Assembly: GCA_030668825.1 (NCBI GenBank)
Contig: DAOVET010000004.1
Coordinates: 296-64,295, forward strand
DNA from: Candidatus Heimdallarchaeota archaeon
Lineage (GTDB): Archaea; Asgardarchaeota; Heimdallarchaeia; Heimdallarchaeales; Heimdallarchaeaceae
Reading direction: 5' to 3'
Length of the DNA stretch: 64,000 bases
The notes beneath the pieces are model-generated. The model did not search any database, had not been told where the DNA came from, and worked only from the letters and a program-made list of their open reading frames with translations. Position 1 is the stretch's first letter. Each line of letters opens with the position of its first letter. A program made the position numbers and the translations under genes. Positions 9,231-19,169 of this stretch are shown here, piece after piece.

Positions 9231-10160
9231 ATGAAATCTTGTTCTTTAGATGGATGTATGGAAAGGGATTCTCTCCCCTTTAAATGCAAATTATGTGGTC
9301 AGATGTACTGTGCTAAACATCGACTACCAGAACAACATAATTGCATACAAATAGGAATCTATCAAACAGATGAATATAAAAAAGCTAAAGTTTCACCACC
9401 TAAACCAGAAAAAAAGGATAAAGTAAAAATAAAGAGATATGGAGAAAGTATATATGGACCAAGAGATTCTGAACGGAAATCAATACAGCTTGAATCTCAA
9501 GACAGATTTATGATGAGGTCATCATTCTTTACACTCTTTGATTTGAAATCAGATTTTATTAATATATTAGTTGCTTCTTTATTGTTTAGTTTATTCTTAG
9601 GGACCCATAGTATAGTCACTAGATCAGTTTATCAAGGAATTCAATTAACACCTCTATATCTATATACAACACTGCTCAATTTTGGTGTTACAGTTTTTAT
9701 TTTCTCAGGATTCTATGCTGTTCAAAAAATGGTTGCAAAACGCATGAAATTAAGATCAGGTGTTACATTATGGCTACAAGGGATTCTTCTTGGCTTGTTC
9801 AGCATTTTTGTACCTATTTTCGTTGTTCCAGCCTTTCTTGTTTTCAGAGATTTCTCTGGAAGTGATAGAGAAAGAGGTATTGTAGCGCTTAGTGGTATTG
9901 TTTGGATGCTGTTCTGGTCAATTGTTTGTCTAGTACTTATGTTTGCAAATGGATTTGAGGTCGTATGGTTATATGCTCTGAAAGAGATACCTATGTTTCT
10001 GCTGCTTTTTTCATTCTTTACTCTATTACCATTTGGTATTTTTACAGGTCGATATATTGCAAGATGGAATAGGAAATTATCATGGAGTCTTGTAGCTTTT
10101 ACTTTTGCTCTATTCATTGTTTATCTAGTGAAATCCTCCAGAATGGCCCCGATATATTAA
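9231..10160 (+). CDS. AN1-type zinc-finger protein fused to a polytopic membrane domain
   Basis: N-terminus 'CSLDGCMERDSLPFKCKLCGQMYCAKHRLPEQHNC' fits the AN1 finger (C-x4-C-x9-12-C-x2-C-x4-C-x2-H-x5-H-x-C). It is followed by a K-rich linker and ~6 predicted TM helices. Confidence 0.65.
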   Translation: MKSCSLDGCMERDSLPFKCKLCGQMYCAKHRLPEQHNCIQIGIYQTDEYKKAKVSPPKPEKKDKVKIKRYGESIYGPRDSERKSIQLESQDRFMMRSSFFTLFDLKSDFINILVASLLFSLFLGTHSIVTRSVYQGIQLTPLYLYTTLLNFGVTVFIFSGFYAVQKMVAKRMKLRSGVTLWLQGILLGLFSIFVPIFVVPAFLVFRDFSGSDRERGIVALSGIVWMLFWSIVCLVLMFANGFEVVWLYALKEIPMFLLLFSFFTLLPFGIFTGRYIARWNRKLSWSLVAFTFALFIVYLVKSSRMAPIY

Positions 10161-10204
10161 AGTAAAAATGAAGATTACCCAAAGAAATATAAATTCCATT
10201 CTGA

Positions 10205-10213
10205 TTTTTTTTT
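10205..10213 (+). terminator. Oligo-T tract (T9) downstream of the AN1/membrane gene
   Basis: T9 run 45 nt after the stop at 10160. Archaeal intrinsic termination uses oligo-T tracts. Confidence 0.4.
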
Positions 10214-10231
10214 CATTCAGTTGGGGTACAA

Positions 10232-11524
10232 ATGGCAAAAGACCAAACCACCGACACTAACAATGTAAAAATTGAATTATCTAAAGAGCTTGGCTTAAAG
10301 GAAGCTCTAGGTATTGCAGTTGGTGCTCTTATTGGTGGAGGTGTTTTTAGCGTTCTAGGTATAGTAATCAATAACACAGGTCCAATGGCATTTTTATCAT
10401 TCATTCTAGCAGGTGTTGTAAGTTCCTTTACTGCTTACAGCTATGTTCATTTAGCCTTGAGATATCCTAAAGCTGGTGGAGCTTTTATTTATGCTCAACA
10501 AGCTTTCAAGAAGAAATGGTTTTCAGGTTTCTTAGGTATAATTCTATGGTTTGGATATACTTTCTCTATTAGTCTTTATGCTATGACATTTGGGAGATAT
10601 TTGGGAGAAGTTTTACCTATTTTTGGAGAAAAGGTTCTTTGGGAGTTTCATCCTCCTTTTGGTGCATTTGATTATACAGTCACTTCATCAGCTTTTATTT
10701 ATCAGCTAATTAGCATACTTTTGTTTATTGGGCTTAATATGCTTGGAGTTAAAGAATCGAGTAGAGCACAAAACTTACTTGTTTTAACAAAAGTATCAAT
10801 TTTGGTTTTTTATATCATTACTGGTATTTTTGCTGTTCAAAAAACTAATTTCTCCCTTTCTGGTAGTTTTGGTCAAACAATAATACCTGTAATAACGAGC
10901 TCTGTTCTTATTTTTGTTTCCATGGAGGGTTTTGAAATTCTCTCTAACTCTGTTGAAGAGATGAAAAATCCAGAAAGAGATTTACCAATTGGGATGTATC
11001 TTTCTATTATCATTGTACTCATTCTTTATGTTTTTGTAGCCGTTATAACTGTAGGAATATTAGGTTCGGATGTTGGAGAAATGGGAGAGGTAATATTATC
11101 TCATTCAGCTCGACAATCATTTCTGAAAGAAACAGGTGCAATTATTATGGCAATTGCTGCTATTATTTCAGCTGCATCAGCAATAAACGCTACTTTAATG
11201 GGTTCTTCTAGATTGTCCTACATGCTTTCTCATGAACGAATAATTCCAAAGGCATTTGCAAAAATAAGTCCAAAAACAAGAGTTCCTATGAGAGCGATAA
11301 TCATTTCAGGTATTCTAAGTCTGATTTTTGTTTTATTATTCAGTTTAGAAGTAGTTGCTATGGCTGCAAGCGTCATTTTCATGATAATTTTTGGAGCTGT
11401 GAATGCTTCTGGAATCAAACTTCTGGAAGGGAAAAAGAGAATAGTTAGTGGAATTGGTATCATTTTAATTATAGGTTATTGGATAATTTGGGTAATAACT
11501 TTTATTAATCCAAATATAGTTTAG
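10232..11524 (+). CDS. APC-superfamily amino acid permease
   Basis: 430 aa, ~12 TM segments. The N-terminus 'ALGIAVGALIGGGVFSVLGIV' and 'FAYSYV' are typical of the amino acid/polyamine/organocation family. Confidence 0.85.
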   Translation: MAKDQTTDTNNVKIELSKELGLKEALGIAVGALIGGGVFSVLGIVINNTGPMAFLSFILAGVVSSFTAYSYVHLALRYPKAGGAFIYAQQAFKKKWFSGFLGIILWFGYTFSISLYAMTFGRYLGEVLPIFGEKVLWEFHPPFGAFDYTVTSSAFIYQLISILLFIGLNMLGVKESSRAQNLLVLTKVSILVFYIITGIFAVQKTNFSLSGSFGQTIIPVITSSVLIFVSMEGFEILSNSVEEMKNPERDLPIGMYLSIIIVLILYVFVAVITVGILGSDVGEMGEVILSHSARQSFLKETGAIIMAIAAIISAASAINATLMGSSRLSYMLSHERIIPKAFAKISPKTRVPMRAIIISGILSLIFVLLFSLEVVAMAASVIFMIIFGAVNASGIKLLEGKKRIVSGIGIILIIGYWIIWVITFINPNIV

Positions 11525-11543
11525 ACTAATCTCATTCTTTAGA

Positions 11544-11557
11544 ATTTTTCTTTTTGT
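11544..11557 (+). terminator. T-rich tract after the permease gene
   Basis: 'atttttctttttgt' 20 nt after the stop at 11524. This is a convergent intergenic region with the receptor gene that ends at 11744. Confidence 0.3.
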
Positions 11558-11743
11558 ATATCAACACAGATATGAAACCAATTACAGAAAGCATGACTAT
11601 TACCGTATGTTTGTGAATTCATGTTTCTACAGCAGAATTCCTTTCTAAAAGCACAGTTTTTTATAGATGTTTTTTTTCTTAACGTTTATGTATAAATTGA
11701 TTGATTTGTTCGAAGCAACGCAAAAAGAAAGAGAAAAAAGAGA

Positions 11744-14700
11744 TTAGAAACGAACTGTAGCAATTTTATATGCATCGAAAAAGGGAATTAAAATTCCATT
11801 TTCAATAAATTCAAAAATTATTGGGAGTCCTTTTTCAATCTTAACATCATCAAGTTCATCAAAGATTCGACTGATTGTCATATTATCTCCATCTGTAATA
11901 TATTCAATTAAACGCTTTTGTAAGCCATTCAATTCTTCAATCTCAGCTTGTTTATATGGAGATACTGTAAATGGATAGAAAATCCATAAATGAATCTCTT
12001 TCATGATTTTTTCAGTTATCCCTTGGAGGTTGATACGAAAGACTTCTGTTGAACCATCCCATTCTTCATTTATATTACTAAACATCTTAGCAAACCAATC
12101 ACTAATAACAGTTAGTTTTTCTTCTATTTCTTCATTTAAGTCTGTTTCTGAAAAAGTGTATAGTGTAAACTGACCAGATTCTGAACCAGCAACTAAGAAA
12201 TTTCTATATTGTAGTCTTTTAACTGATCCTGTTTTATCTCCTCGTAATTCAACTCCCATGGAGGCAATAGCTGTAAGGAAACCTGTAATTAGCGAAGGAT
12301 CCAAAGAGATTTCAGAACCCAGATCCATCTCATAAACAGGTAATCCTGTAGCACTATGAACAATTATCAATTTGGTAATAGATAAAACACTTTCATATAA
12401 ACCATATATTCGTGCAAAAAGTGCTTTTTCAGCTCTTCTATCCTTATCAAGCTTTCTTCTAATAAAGACTGTTAGAGGAGTAACCATTGCAACTAAAGCA
12501 AAAATTCCAATAATTACGAAAATATAAATTGGAATGCCTTCTTCTGGATTAATAATTGATATTGATTTGATTAGTTGATTAGATTTTGTTTCGTATCCTG
12601 TTTTATTTATTGTAACAAAGATGTTAATACTGGTTTCTTGAGGTTCGAATATTCTAAAAGTTACTGAATATAATCCTAGATTTTCAGTTTGTTGAATTAT
12701 CTCTGCATCTTCTGCTTGTAAATCCAGTGAGATATTAAAACTTGCCTCTGGAATATTTTCTGGATTAATGGTATCAACATAATAAAATGTGATTGTTGTT
12801 TCATTACCCCAATGAACTTCATCATCTGAAGATACAATATCTATAGTCGTGGGTGTAGTGAGAATTTCTAAATTGACAGTGGTTGTTGCATTTTCTTGTC
12901 CATAATTAACAATGAAATCTTGTTTTGAAACAGAAATTCTTATTGAATAAGAACCCGGTACTAAATCTCGTCCTTCTCTACCACTAAATAACTCTAATTG
13001 GATTAGACTTGTAACAGCAAATTCTGTCACAACATATTCTGTTGTTTTAATTAGCATTTCATCAAGATAGAAGGCTATTTCATCAGGAATCACAGGACTA
13101 CTGGAATTCGATGTATCTTCAACAGTGAATTGAACATAAGACTCTTGATCACTATAATAAGCTTCAAAATCCCCTCCAGCTGAAGGTGTAATTGTAAAAG
13201 TATGAAAAACACGCACGTCAAATGTGAATGTATGAGTTTCCAAATATATTCCAGTTGCCATAAGCGTAATTGAATAATTTCCAACCACTGCATTTATTAG
13301 AATATTTGTTTCATAGTATGGACCAATATAGCTAAAAAAGCCAGATGTTCCCCATGAAGTATTGTATGCAACTGGAGCTGCTTTTATTGGTGTTCCGTCT
13401 TCTGAATAGAATGGATCGCTAACATTATTATAATAGATTTTTGCTTTAACAGATTCTTGGTTAATTCTATCTATTGAGATAGAGGAATTAGTAAAATCAG
13501 AACTCCCCAAGGTTTCTTCCCAAAAGAAAGAAGCAGTGGTTGATTTACTGACTGAAATTCTTAAAGTGTAAAATCCTACTTCTGTTCCATTTTGCCACAA
13601 ACAAACTGCAGTCCAATCTCCCTCAATATCAGTTCCATTGATGGATGGATCAAAAACTGTATTAATGGAGTATTTTCCAGCACTAATTTGAGTAGTTTCC
13701 AAAACAGTATATGATGTTAAATCTGTGAAAATTATATTGGTGTAATCCGATTCATTTTTTATAGGTACAATAGCACCATTAGGATCATAAAGTGAGAAAT
13801 TAACACTTCCTGTCAAGACATCTTGCATGAAAGAATCTTTTATAAAAATGTCCACTAAGACAGTTGAACCATTATATCCAGTTGCATGAGTTCCATTAGC
13901 CTCCCAGTATCCTAAATTGTAAGAATTTGAATTCAGAGCAGAATCAAACAAATAATTCTGACTAGTGGTTGTAAAATTTAATGAAGCCCCTTGATAAGTA
14001 TCACTAACTAGAAGAGAAGACAAATCAAATGAATAACCTTGAGTATCTTTCCAGCCAGTCATTGGTAGTGATCCGTTTGCTATTAAGCTAAAATCTGAGT
14101 TACTCCAATCATCAGGCGTATAAATGACATGACTTCTATTGGGGTTGGAATAAGAAGAAAAATTAATTGAAGGAATATCCCACGAAAGATTCCAATCTAT
14201 TGAATATTCACTGTGGGATGAATTTGAAACACGGTAATTTGAAACAATATTTAGAGCAATATAGAAAATATAACTATTGTTAAATACTATTCTAACAGAT
14301 TCTGTGGATTCAAGATCATGAATCCCTGTTCCTAAAATTATTTGATTCAAAGATGTAATAGGATCTGAATTATCTTCTAATTCAATATCAGCTGGATTAG
14401 TGAAACTAAGAGGTTCTTGAAATTGATTTAAAGGTAAAAGCTTTGGAGCTAGAGTATAATCTACATTTACAGTACAGTTGTCCCAAGTAGGACCTGATGA
14501 ATCCCATCTATAAGATTCACCTAGAAATGGGGCGCCATTTTTTGATCTCCATGCAAAAGTTTGTGCAGGATCGGTTAAGTCTAAAGTAGATAGATTTGCT
14601 ACAATAAAATATTTTCCCTTATCCAGAATAACATCATCAAAATCATAATAAGTAAGATCAGATGCTGCTGCTGATGGAACAGGATTAGAATTAGTAAAAG

Positions 14701-15376
14701 AGTTATCTGTACAGTTAGATAATATTTTGCTAGAATTTGTTACATCTGGAAAAACAGCACCCTCATCTTTTATAAGAAACAAGTCCAGCTCTACTGTACC
14801 CAGTGATCCAGAACCTATGATATCCAGATAAATATCAGTTCCATAAAATTCTGCATAGTCCCAAGAGATAGTAAACCCTTGAGCTATTGCTAAATATTGA
14901 TCATGGGCTAGTTCGTCATACCCACTTTGAGTAGCTTCAACAACAAAATATTCAGGTATTGATTCTATTTTCTCAATACCATACGCTAGTTGATTAGAGT
15001 ATCCTGCTATATCATCGATTGAAAATTGATTAGAACTCAAGGAAGAATAGGTAGGTTTTGTCAAATTTAGTTCAAATGAATGATAAAGGCCAAGATCATC
15101 GTTTATTGTAAAATCATCACCTGTACCTATATGGTCATCTACTGGTATATATGAGAGATGTGGGAACTTTAAATACTCTCCATTGTTTAGATTGATATTT
15201 GTTGTGAAACTTGAATCTTGTAGCGTATTAGAGTTTAAAGAAAAGTCTGTTGCTTCATAGTAATTTATCCCATAAGAAGCAAGAGCTGGTGATATAAGAA
15301 AAATATACATTAATAGCATACATAGTAATTTATTTTTTATTATTTTATTAGCCATCTGACCAAAAACCCCTTTCAA
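11744..15376 (-). CDS. Giant single-pass surface protein (receptor-like paralog 3): signal peptide, N-glyco-rich ectodomain, TM, cytoplasmic Roadblock-like module
   Basis: 1210 aa. Signal peptide 'LLCMLLMYIFLISPALASYG'. The ectodomain is Asn/Ser/Thr/Tyr-rich with dozens of N-x-S/T sequons. TM 'IPIYIFVIIGIFALVAMVTPLTVFI' is followed by 'RRKLDKDRR' (positive-inside). The cytoplasmic ~230 aa ('ITKLIIVHSATGLPVYEMDLGSE...ITGFLTAIASMG...FTLYTFSE') ends in 'YKIATVRF'. Probable ATG start at M8. Confidence 0.8.
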   Translation of the reverse strand: MKGVFGQMANKIIKNKLLCMLLMYIFLISPALASYGINYYEATDFSLNSNTLQDSSFTTNINLNNGEYLKFPHLSYIPVDDHIGTGDDFTINDDLGLYHSFELNLTKPTYSSLSSNQFSIDDIAGYSNQLAYGIEKIESIPEYFVVEATQSGYDELAHDQYLAIAQGFTISWDYAEFYGTDIYLDIIGSGSLGTVELDLFLIKDEGAVFPDVTNSSKILSNCTDNSFTNSNPVPSAAASDLTYYDFDDVILDKGKYFIVANLSTLDLTDPAQTFAWRSKNGAPFLGESYRWDSSGPTWDNCTVNVDYTLAPKLLPLNQFQEPLSFTNPADIELEDNSDPITSLNQIILGTGIHDLESTESVRIVFNNSYIFYIALNIVSNYRVSNSSHSEYSIDWNLSWDIPSINFSSYSNPNRSHVIYTPDDWSNSDFSLIANGSLPMTGWKDTQGYSFDLSSLLVSDTYQGASLNFTTTSQNYLFDSALNSNSYNLGYWEANGTHATGYNGSTVLVDIFIKDSFMQDVLTGSVNFSLYDPNGAIVPIKNESDYTNIIFTDLTSYTVLETTQISAGKYSINTVFDPSINGTDIEGDWTAVCLWQNGTEVGFYTLRISVSKSTTASFFWEETLGSSDFTNSSISIDRINQESVKAKIYYNNVSDPFYSEDGTPIKAAPVAYNTSWGTSGFFSYIGPYYETNILINAVVGNYSITLMATGIYLETHTFTFDVRVFHTFTITPSAGGDFEAYYSDQESYVQFTVEDTSNSSSPVIPDEIAFYLDEMLIKTTEYVVTEFAVTSLIQLELFSGREGRDLVPGSYSIRISVSKQDFIVNYGQENATTTVNLEILTTPTTIDIVSSDDEVHWGNETTITFYYVDTINPENIPEASFNISLDLQAEDAEIIQQTENLGLYSVTFRIFEPQETSINIFVTINKTGYETKSNQLIKSISIINPEEGIPIYIFVIIGIFALVAMVTPLTVFIRRKLDKDRRAEKALFARIYGLYESVLSITKLIIVHSATGLPVYEMDLGSEISLDPSLITGFLTAIASMGVELRGDKTGSVKRLQYRNFLVAGSESGQFTLYTFSETDLNEEIEEKLTVISDWFAKMFSNINEEWDGSTEVFRINLQGITEKIMKEIHLWIFYPFTVSPYKQAEIEELNGLQKRLIEYITDGDNMTISRIFDELDDVKIEKGLPIIFEFIENGILIPFFDAYKIATVRF

Positions 15377-15477
15377 CTTTATGTTCTGTTCCTTTTGAAA
15401 TGATTACTAGATTATTACTTATAAATTATTAGTTAATATTGGTAAGCTTTTTGATAAAAAATGAGGTTATGAGAAGC

Positions 15478-18400
15478 TCAGAATCGAACAGTAGCGATTT
15501 TGTAGGCATCAAATTCAGGTTCTAGGATGTTAGTTTCAATTAAATCAAAAATTATTGGTAATCCTTGTTCCAATTTAACATCATCAAAATCTTCAAAAAG
15601 ACGACTTATTGTTATAGTGTCACTTTTACCTATATAATCAATCATTCGTTTCCTTATTCCTGACATTTCTTCAATTTCTTTGTTCTTATAGGGTGAAACT
15701 CTGAATGGATAGAATATCCAGAGATGAATCTCTTTCATGATTTTCTCTGTTATTCCTTTAAGGTTTAATCTAAACGGCTCAGTTGAACCATCCCAATCAG
15801 CATCTATTTGTGGAAACATCATGTCAAACCAATCACTAATTACTGTAAGTTTCTGCTCTATTTCTTCATTTAATTCAGACTCTGAAAATGTATAAAGAGT
15901 AAAAAAACCAGATTGTGATGCTGTTACTTGGAATTCTTTGTATTGTACTCTTCTTACACCACCAGATCGTTCTCCTCTCATTTCACTTCCTACTGATGAA
16001 ACAGCTGAAAGGAATCCTGAAATTAATGAGGGGTCTACATCAATCTCTGATCCAAGATCCATTTCATAAACAGGTAAACTTGTCGCTCTGTGAACTATAA
16101 TCAGCTTTGTTATTGATAGTACCCCTTCATAGAAATTGTAAGTTCTTGTGAAAATATCTTTTTGAGCTCTTTTTTCTCGGTTTTTTCTTCGTCTTAATAG
16201 TAAAATCGATGGTGCAATCACAGCTCCTGCGCCAAGAACACCGATTATGATAAAGAGATAAAAAGGCATTTTGGAATCTGGATCAGTTGGAATATTAATC
16301 TGAATGGAAGCAAGTCTAAAATTATCAATTGATTCATAATTTGATACTGAAATTGAAACGAAAACATTCAATGAAGCAACTGTTGGTTGCAGTATTTTTA
16401 CAATTACAGTGTAAACTCCTGCTGATTCAGAGTCTAACCATACTTCTACACCTTCAATATCTACGCTAAGTTCGATTTCAGACTCAGTGAGTCCTGTAAC
16501 CTTTGTAGAATGATCAGTATCCATAACACTGAATTTGAGTTCTGATTGAGTATTAGTATCCATTTCATCTATATCTTGTTCGATAACAATAGCTATTTTG
16601 ATTGGGATAATTTCCAATTGTGGGAACGACAAAGAAGCGCTGTTCTGCCCCATTTCATCAAAGAAATTTGTTTTTGTAACTATAACTTCTATACTGTGAC
16701 TTCCAACCTCAAGACCTAATGATTGTGTATCTAGCTCTATCTCCATTATTCCATCCAAAAGTGAAAGATTGAATTCTTCACTAGTCAAGTTAACGGCATT
16801 AAGTATAACAGTTATTTCCTCAGGATATAGCTGAACACTCATATTTGAGATGTCAATTAATTCAAAACTAATAGCTGTAGGATCTGTATAAGTAATTTGA
16901 CCTGGACTTTGAATCATATTAATCCTAAATATGTGGACAATTTTTACTGGAAATTGCAATGTGTGGTTTTGTAGAAATTGACCATTTGCGAATAATTGAA
17001 CATTCGAGGATCCTTCTGGTGCATTCGTTAATATTTCTGTATCATATGAAGAAGTATTGAAGTTTATTGAACCTGAATCAAACCAACTTGTAGAATATGA
17101 GACTAAAGCAGCTGTTATAGGTGTTCCATTTCCTACAAAAAATGGGTCACTAATATTATAGTAATTCACTCTAATCCTTATACTCTCGCCGCTAATACGA
17201 TTTATTTCTGTACTTGGATTATTAATCCAGATATCACTATCTACTTGTTCTTCCCATTCAAATTCAGCAAATGTAGGTTTTACTACAGTAATCGTTCTAG
17301 CATAGAAGCCTACAGCAGTACCATTAGTCCATTCAGAGGTAACTGTCCAATGGCCTTCAGTGTCGCTTCCATAAACAGAGGGATCAAACGAAGTACTAGC
17401 TGAGTACACTCCAGGACTGGACTGAGAGGATATAATTTGAGAATAGCTAGTTGTATCTACAAATGAGATATTTGAATCAAGATTTGTTTTCATAACTATT
17501 ATTTCACCATCTGGAGAATAAAGTGTAAAGTTTAATTGACCAGTGATGATATCAGAAAGCAAATCTTCCTTAACTGATATCACAGCATCTAAATCAGACC
17601 CGTAATAACCTATAGCATGAGTTGTATTAGTTGTCCAGTACCCTAAATTGAATGTTTCAGAGGATATACTTGAATCATAAAGGTAATTCCTACTAGTTGA
17701 ATAGAATACAAAATCACTTTCGTAATAATTACTGCCATGAAGCAGAACATCTAAATCTAGCGTATGAATATTAATATCTACAGAACTTACAATTGGAATA
17801 GAGTCATTAATTAAGAAAATCTGACTGAGGTTATTCCATCCGTTGGGAATAGTTATCGATTGTAATCGAATTGGATTGGTGTATTGATATATATCAACTA
17901 AAGGAGTAAACCAATTGATACTCCAAGAAATACTGTAATCATAAAAAGAAGAATTGATAGCTGTATAAAATGACTGACCCATAAAAGATCTACTATAAGT
18001 ATATGGATTGTTCATTTCTATATCAACTGAAGTGTTTGAAGTTATTGTATGAATTCCAACTCCACTTATCACTTGGTTAAAAGAGGTTATATCTACTCCA
18101 TCATCTCTCAATTGTACTTCAGCTGGATCCGAGAATCTCATTGCTGTACCATTTGCATATGCAGGAGTTAACTCTGGAGCTAAGACATAATCCTTATTGA
18201 CTAATGAAGACCATACTGAACCATCGTGAGTATACGAATCTGCATAAACTGATCCTTGTTGGCCTCTCCAATTGAAACCATCTCCATCGGTTGCATCATA
18301 GCTAGAAGCATTAGCTACTACATAGTATTTACCTGTTGAAAGAGTTATATCATTAAAATCGTAATAAACCGTATTTCCTGATGTACTTTCATTAATTGGA

Positions 18401-19062
18401 TTCAATACGGTATAAGGTCCATTCGTTGCACTACTCAAGATGGATGACATATCTGGTTTTCCATCGGAGATATTTGCATTGACTATGAATAAATCTAATT
18501 CATCACCGCCAATAGCATTTTCAATGATAAGATAAATTTTAGCACCAGAAAAAATAGCAGTTGGCCATGTTACATCAAAACTCTGAGCTATTCTTATAGT
18601 TGATGAATCAAGAATCTCATCTTTATTCTGAATTGTCTGTTGATAGTCGAAGTACTTGCTTGCAGAAATAGCTGTTATATTATATTGAAGCGAATCTGTG
18701 GTATAATCTGTAATACTAGAAATTGTGTAAGTATCTGAATAACTATTATCTGTATTAAGTGATACATTCACTCCTTGATTAACTTGCAGGTTATCTGAAA
18801 TAATAAAATCATCACCACTCCCATCGGAGTTTGTAATGGGTATGTATGAATATTTCAGTGATTGTTCTAGATTTGGACCTTCCAAACTATTTAGGAACCC
18901 ATTCTGAGAATGAATTAAGTCATCTTCAATGTTTTTGCTATGGTTATTAATTGAAAAAAATCCATTTGAAATACTATTTGATGTGAAAGGTAAAACGGGG
19001 ATGATTATAAAAGCTATGAAGGTTAATGATAAGAGCTTTCTAAATCTGAAATAATTTAACAA
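15478..19062 (-). CDS. Giant single-pass surface protein (receptor-like paralog 2)
   Basis: 1194 aa with the same architecture. Shares conserved ectodomain blocks with its neighbours ('GYWTTNTTHAIGYYGS', 'NFTLYSPDGEI', 'FDPSVYGSDTEGHWT...WTNGTAVGFY'). TM 'FYLFIIIGVLGAGAVIAPSILLL' + 'RRRKNREKR'. Cytoplasmic module ends in the identical 'YKIATVRF'. Confidence 0.8.
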   Translation of the reverse strand: MLNYFRFRKLLSLTFIAFIIIPVLPFTSNSISNGFFSINNHSKNIEDDLIHSQNGFLNSLEGPNLEQSLKYSYIPITNSDGSGDDFIISDNLQVNQGVNVSLNTDNSYSDTYTISSITDYTTDSLQYNITAISASKYFDYQQTIQNKDEILDSSTIRIAQSFDVTWPTAIFSGAKIYLIIENAIGGDELDLFIVNANISDGKPDMSSILSSATNGPYTVLNPINESTSGNTVYYDFNDITLSTGKYYVVANASSYDATDGDGFNWRGQQGSVYADSYTHDGSVWSSLVNKDYVLAPELTPAYANGTAMRFSDPAEVQLRDDGVDITSFNQVISGVGIHTITSNTSVDIEMNNPYTYSRSFMGQSFYTAINSSFYDYSISWSINWFTPLVDIYQYTNPIRLQSITIPNGWNNLSQIFLINDSIPIVSSVDINIHTLDLDVLLHGSNYYESDFVFYSTSRNYLYDSSISSETFNLGYWTTNTTHAIGYYGSDLDAVISVKEDLLSDIITGQLNFTLYSPDGEIIVMKTNLDSNISFVDTTSYSQIISSQSSPGVYSASTSFDPSVYGSDTEGHWTVTSEWTNGTAVGFYARTITVVKPTFAEFEWEEQVDSDIWINNPSTEINRISGESIRIRVNYYNISDPFFVGNGTPITAALVSYSTSWFDSGSINFNTSSYDTEILTNAPEGSSNVQLFANGQFLQNHTLQFPVKIVHIFRINMIQSPGQITYTDPTAISFELIDISNMSVQLYPEEITVILNAVNLTSEEFNLSLLDGIMEIELDTQSLGLEVGSHSIEVIVTKTNFFDEMGQNSASLSFPQLEIIPIKIAIVIEQDIDEMDTNTQSELKFSVMDTDHSTKVTGLTESEIELSVDIEGVEVWLDSESAGVYTVIVKILQPTVASLNVFVSISVSNYESIDNFRLASIQINIPTDPDSKMPFYLFIIIGVLGAGAVIAPSILLLRRRKNREKRAQKDIFTRTYNFYEGVLSITKLIIVHRATSLPVYEMDLGSEIDVDPSLISGFLSAVSSVGSEMRGERSGGVRRVQYKEFQVTASQSGFFTLYTFSESELNEEIEQKLTVISDWFDMMFPQIDADWDGSTEPFRLNLKGITEKIMKEIHLWIFYPFRVSPYKNKEIEEMSGIRKRMIDYIGKSDTITISRLFEDFDDVKLEQGLPIIFDLIETNILEPEFDAYKIATVRF

Positions 19063-19169
19063 TAGCTTACATCTCTGTTATTCTAACAGACTAATAATAT
19101 CTTCTAACTTAAATTATTTTTCTATTTTACAGTGATTTTCAGCTGAATTTATGTCTGTTAAGGGATTTT

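Noticed and set aside
13090-16100. Short ORFs (13090-13293, 15915-16100) inside the giant surface-protein genes
   Set aside because: Antisense or alternate-frame shadows within long, well-supported reading frames.
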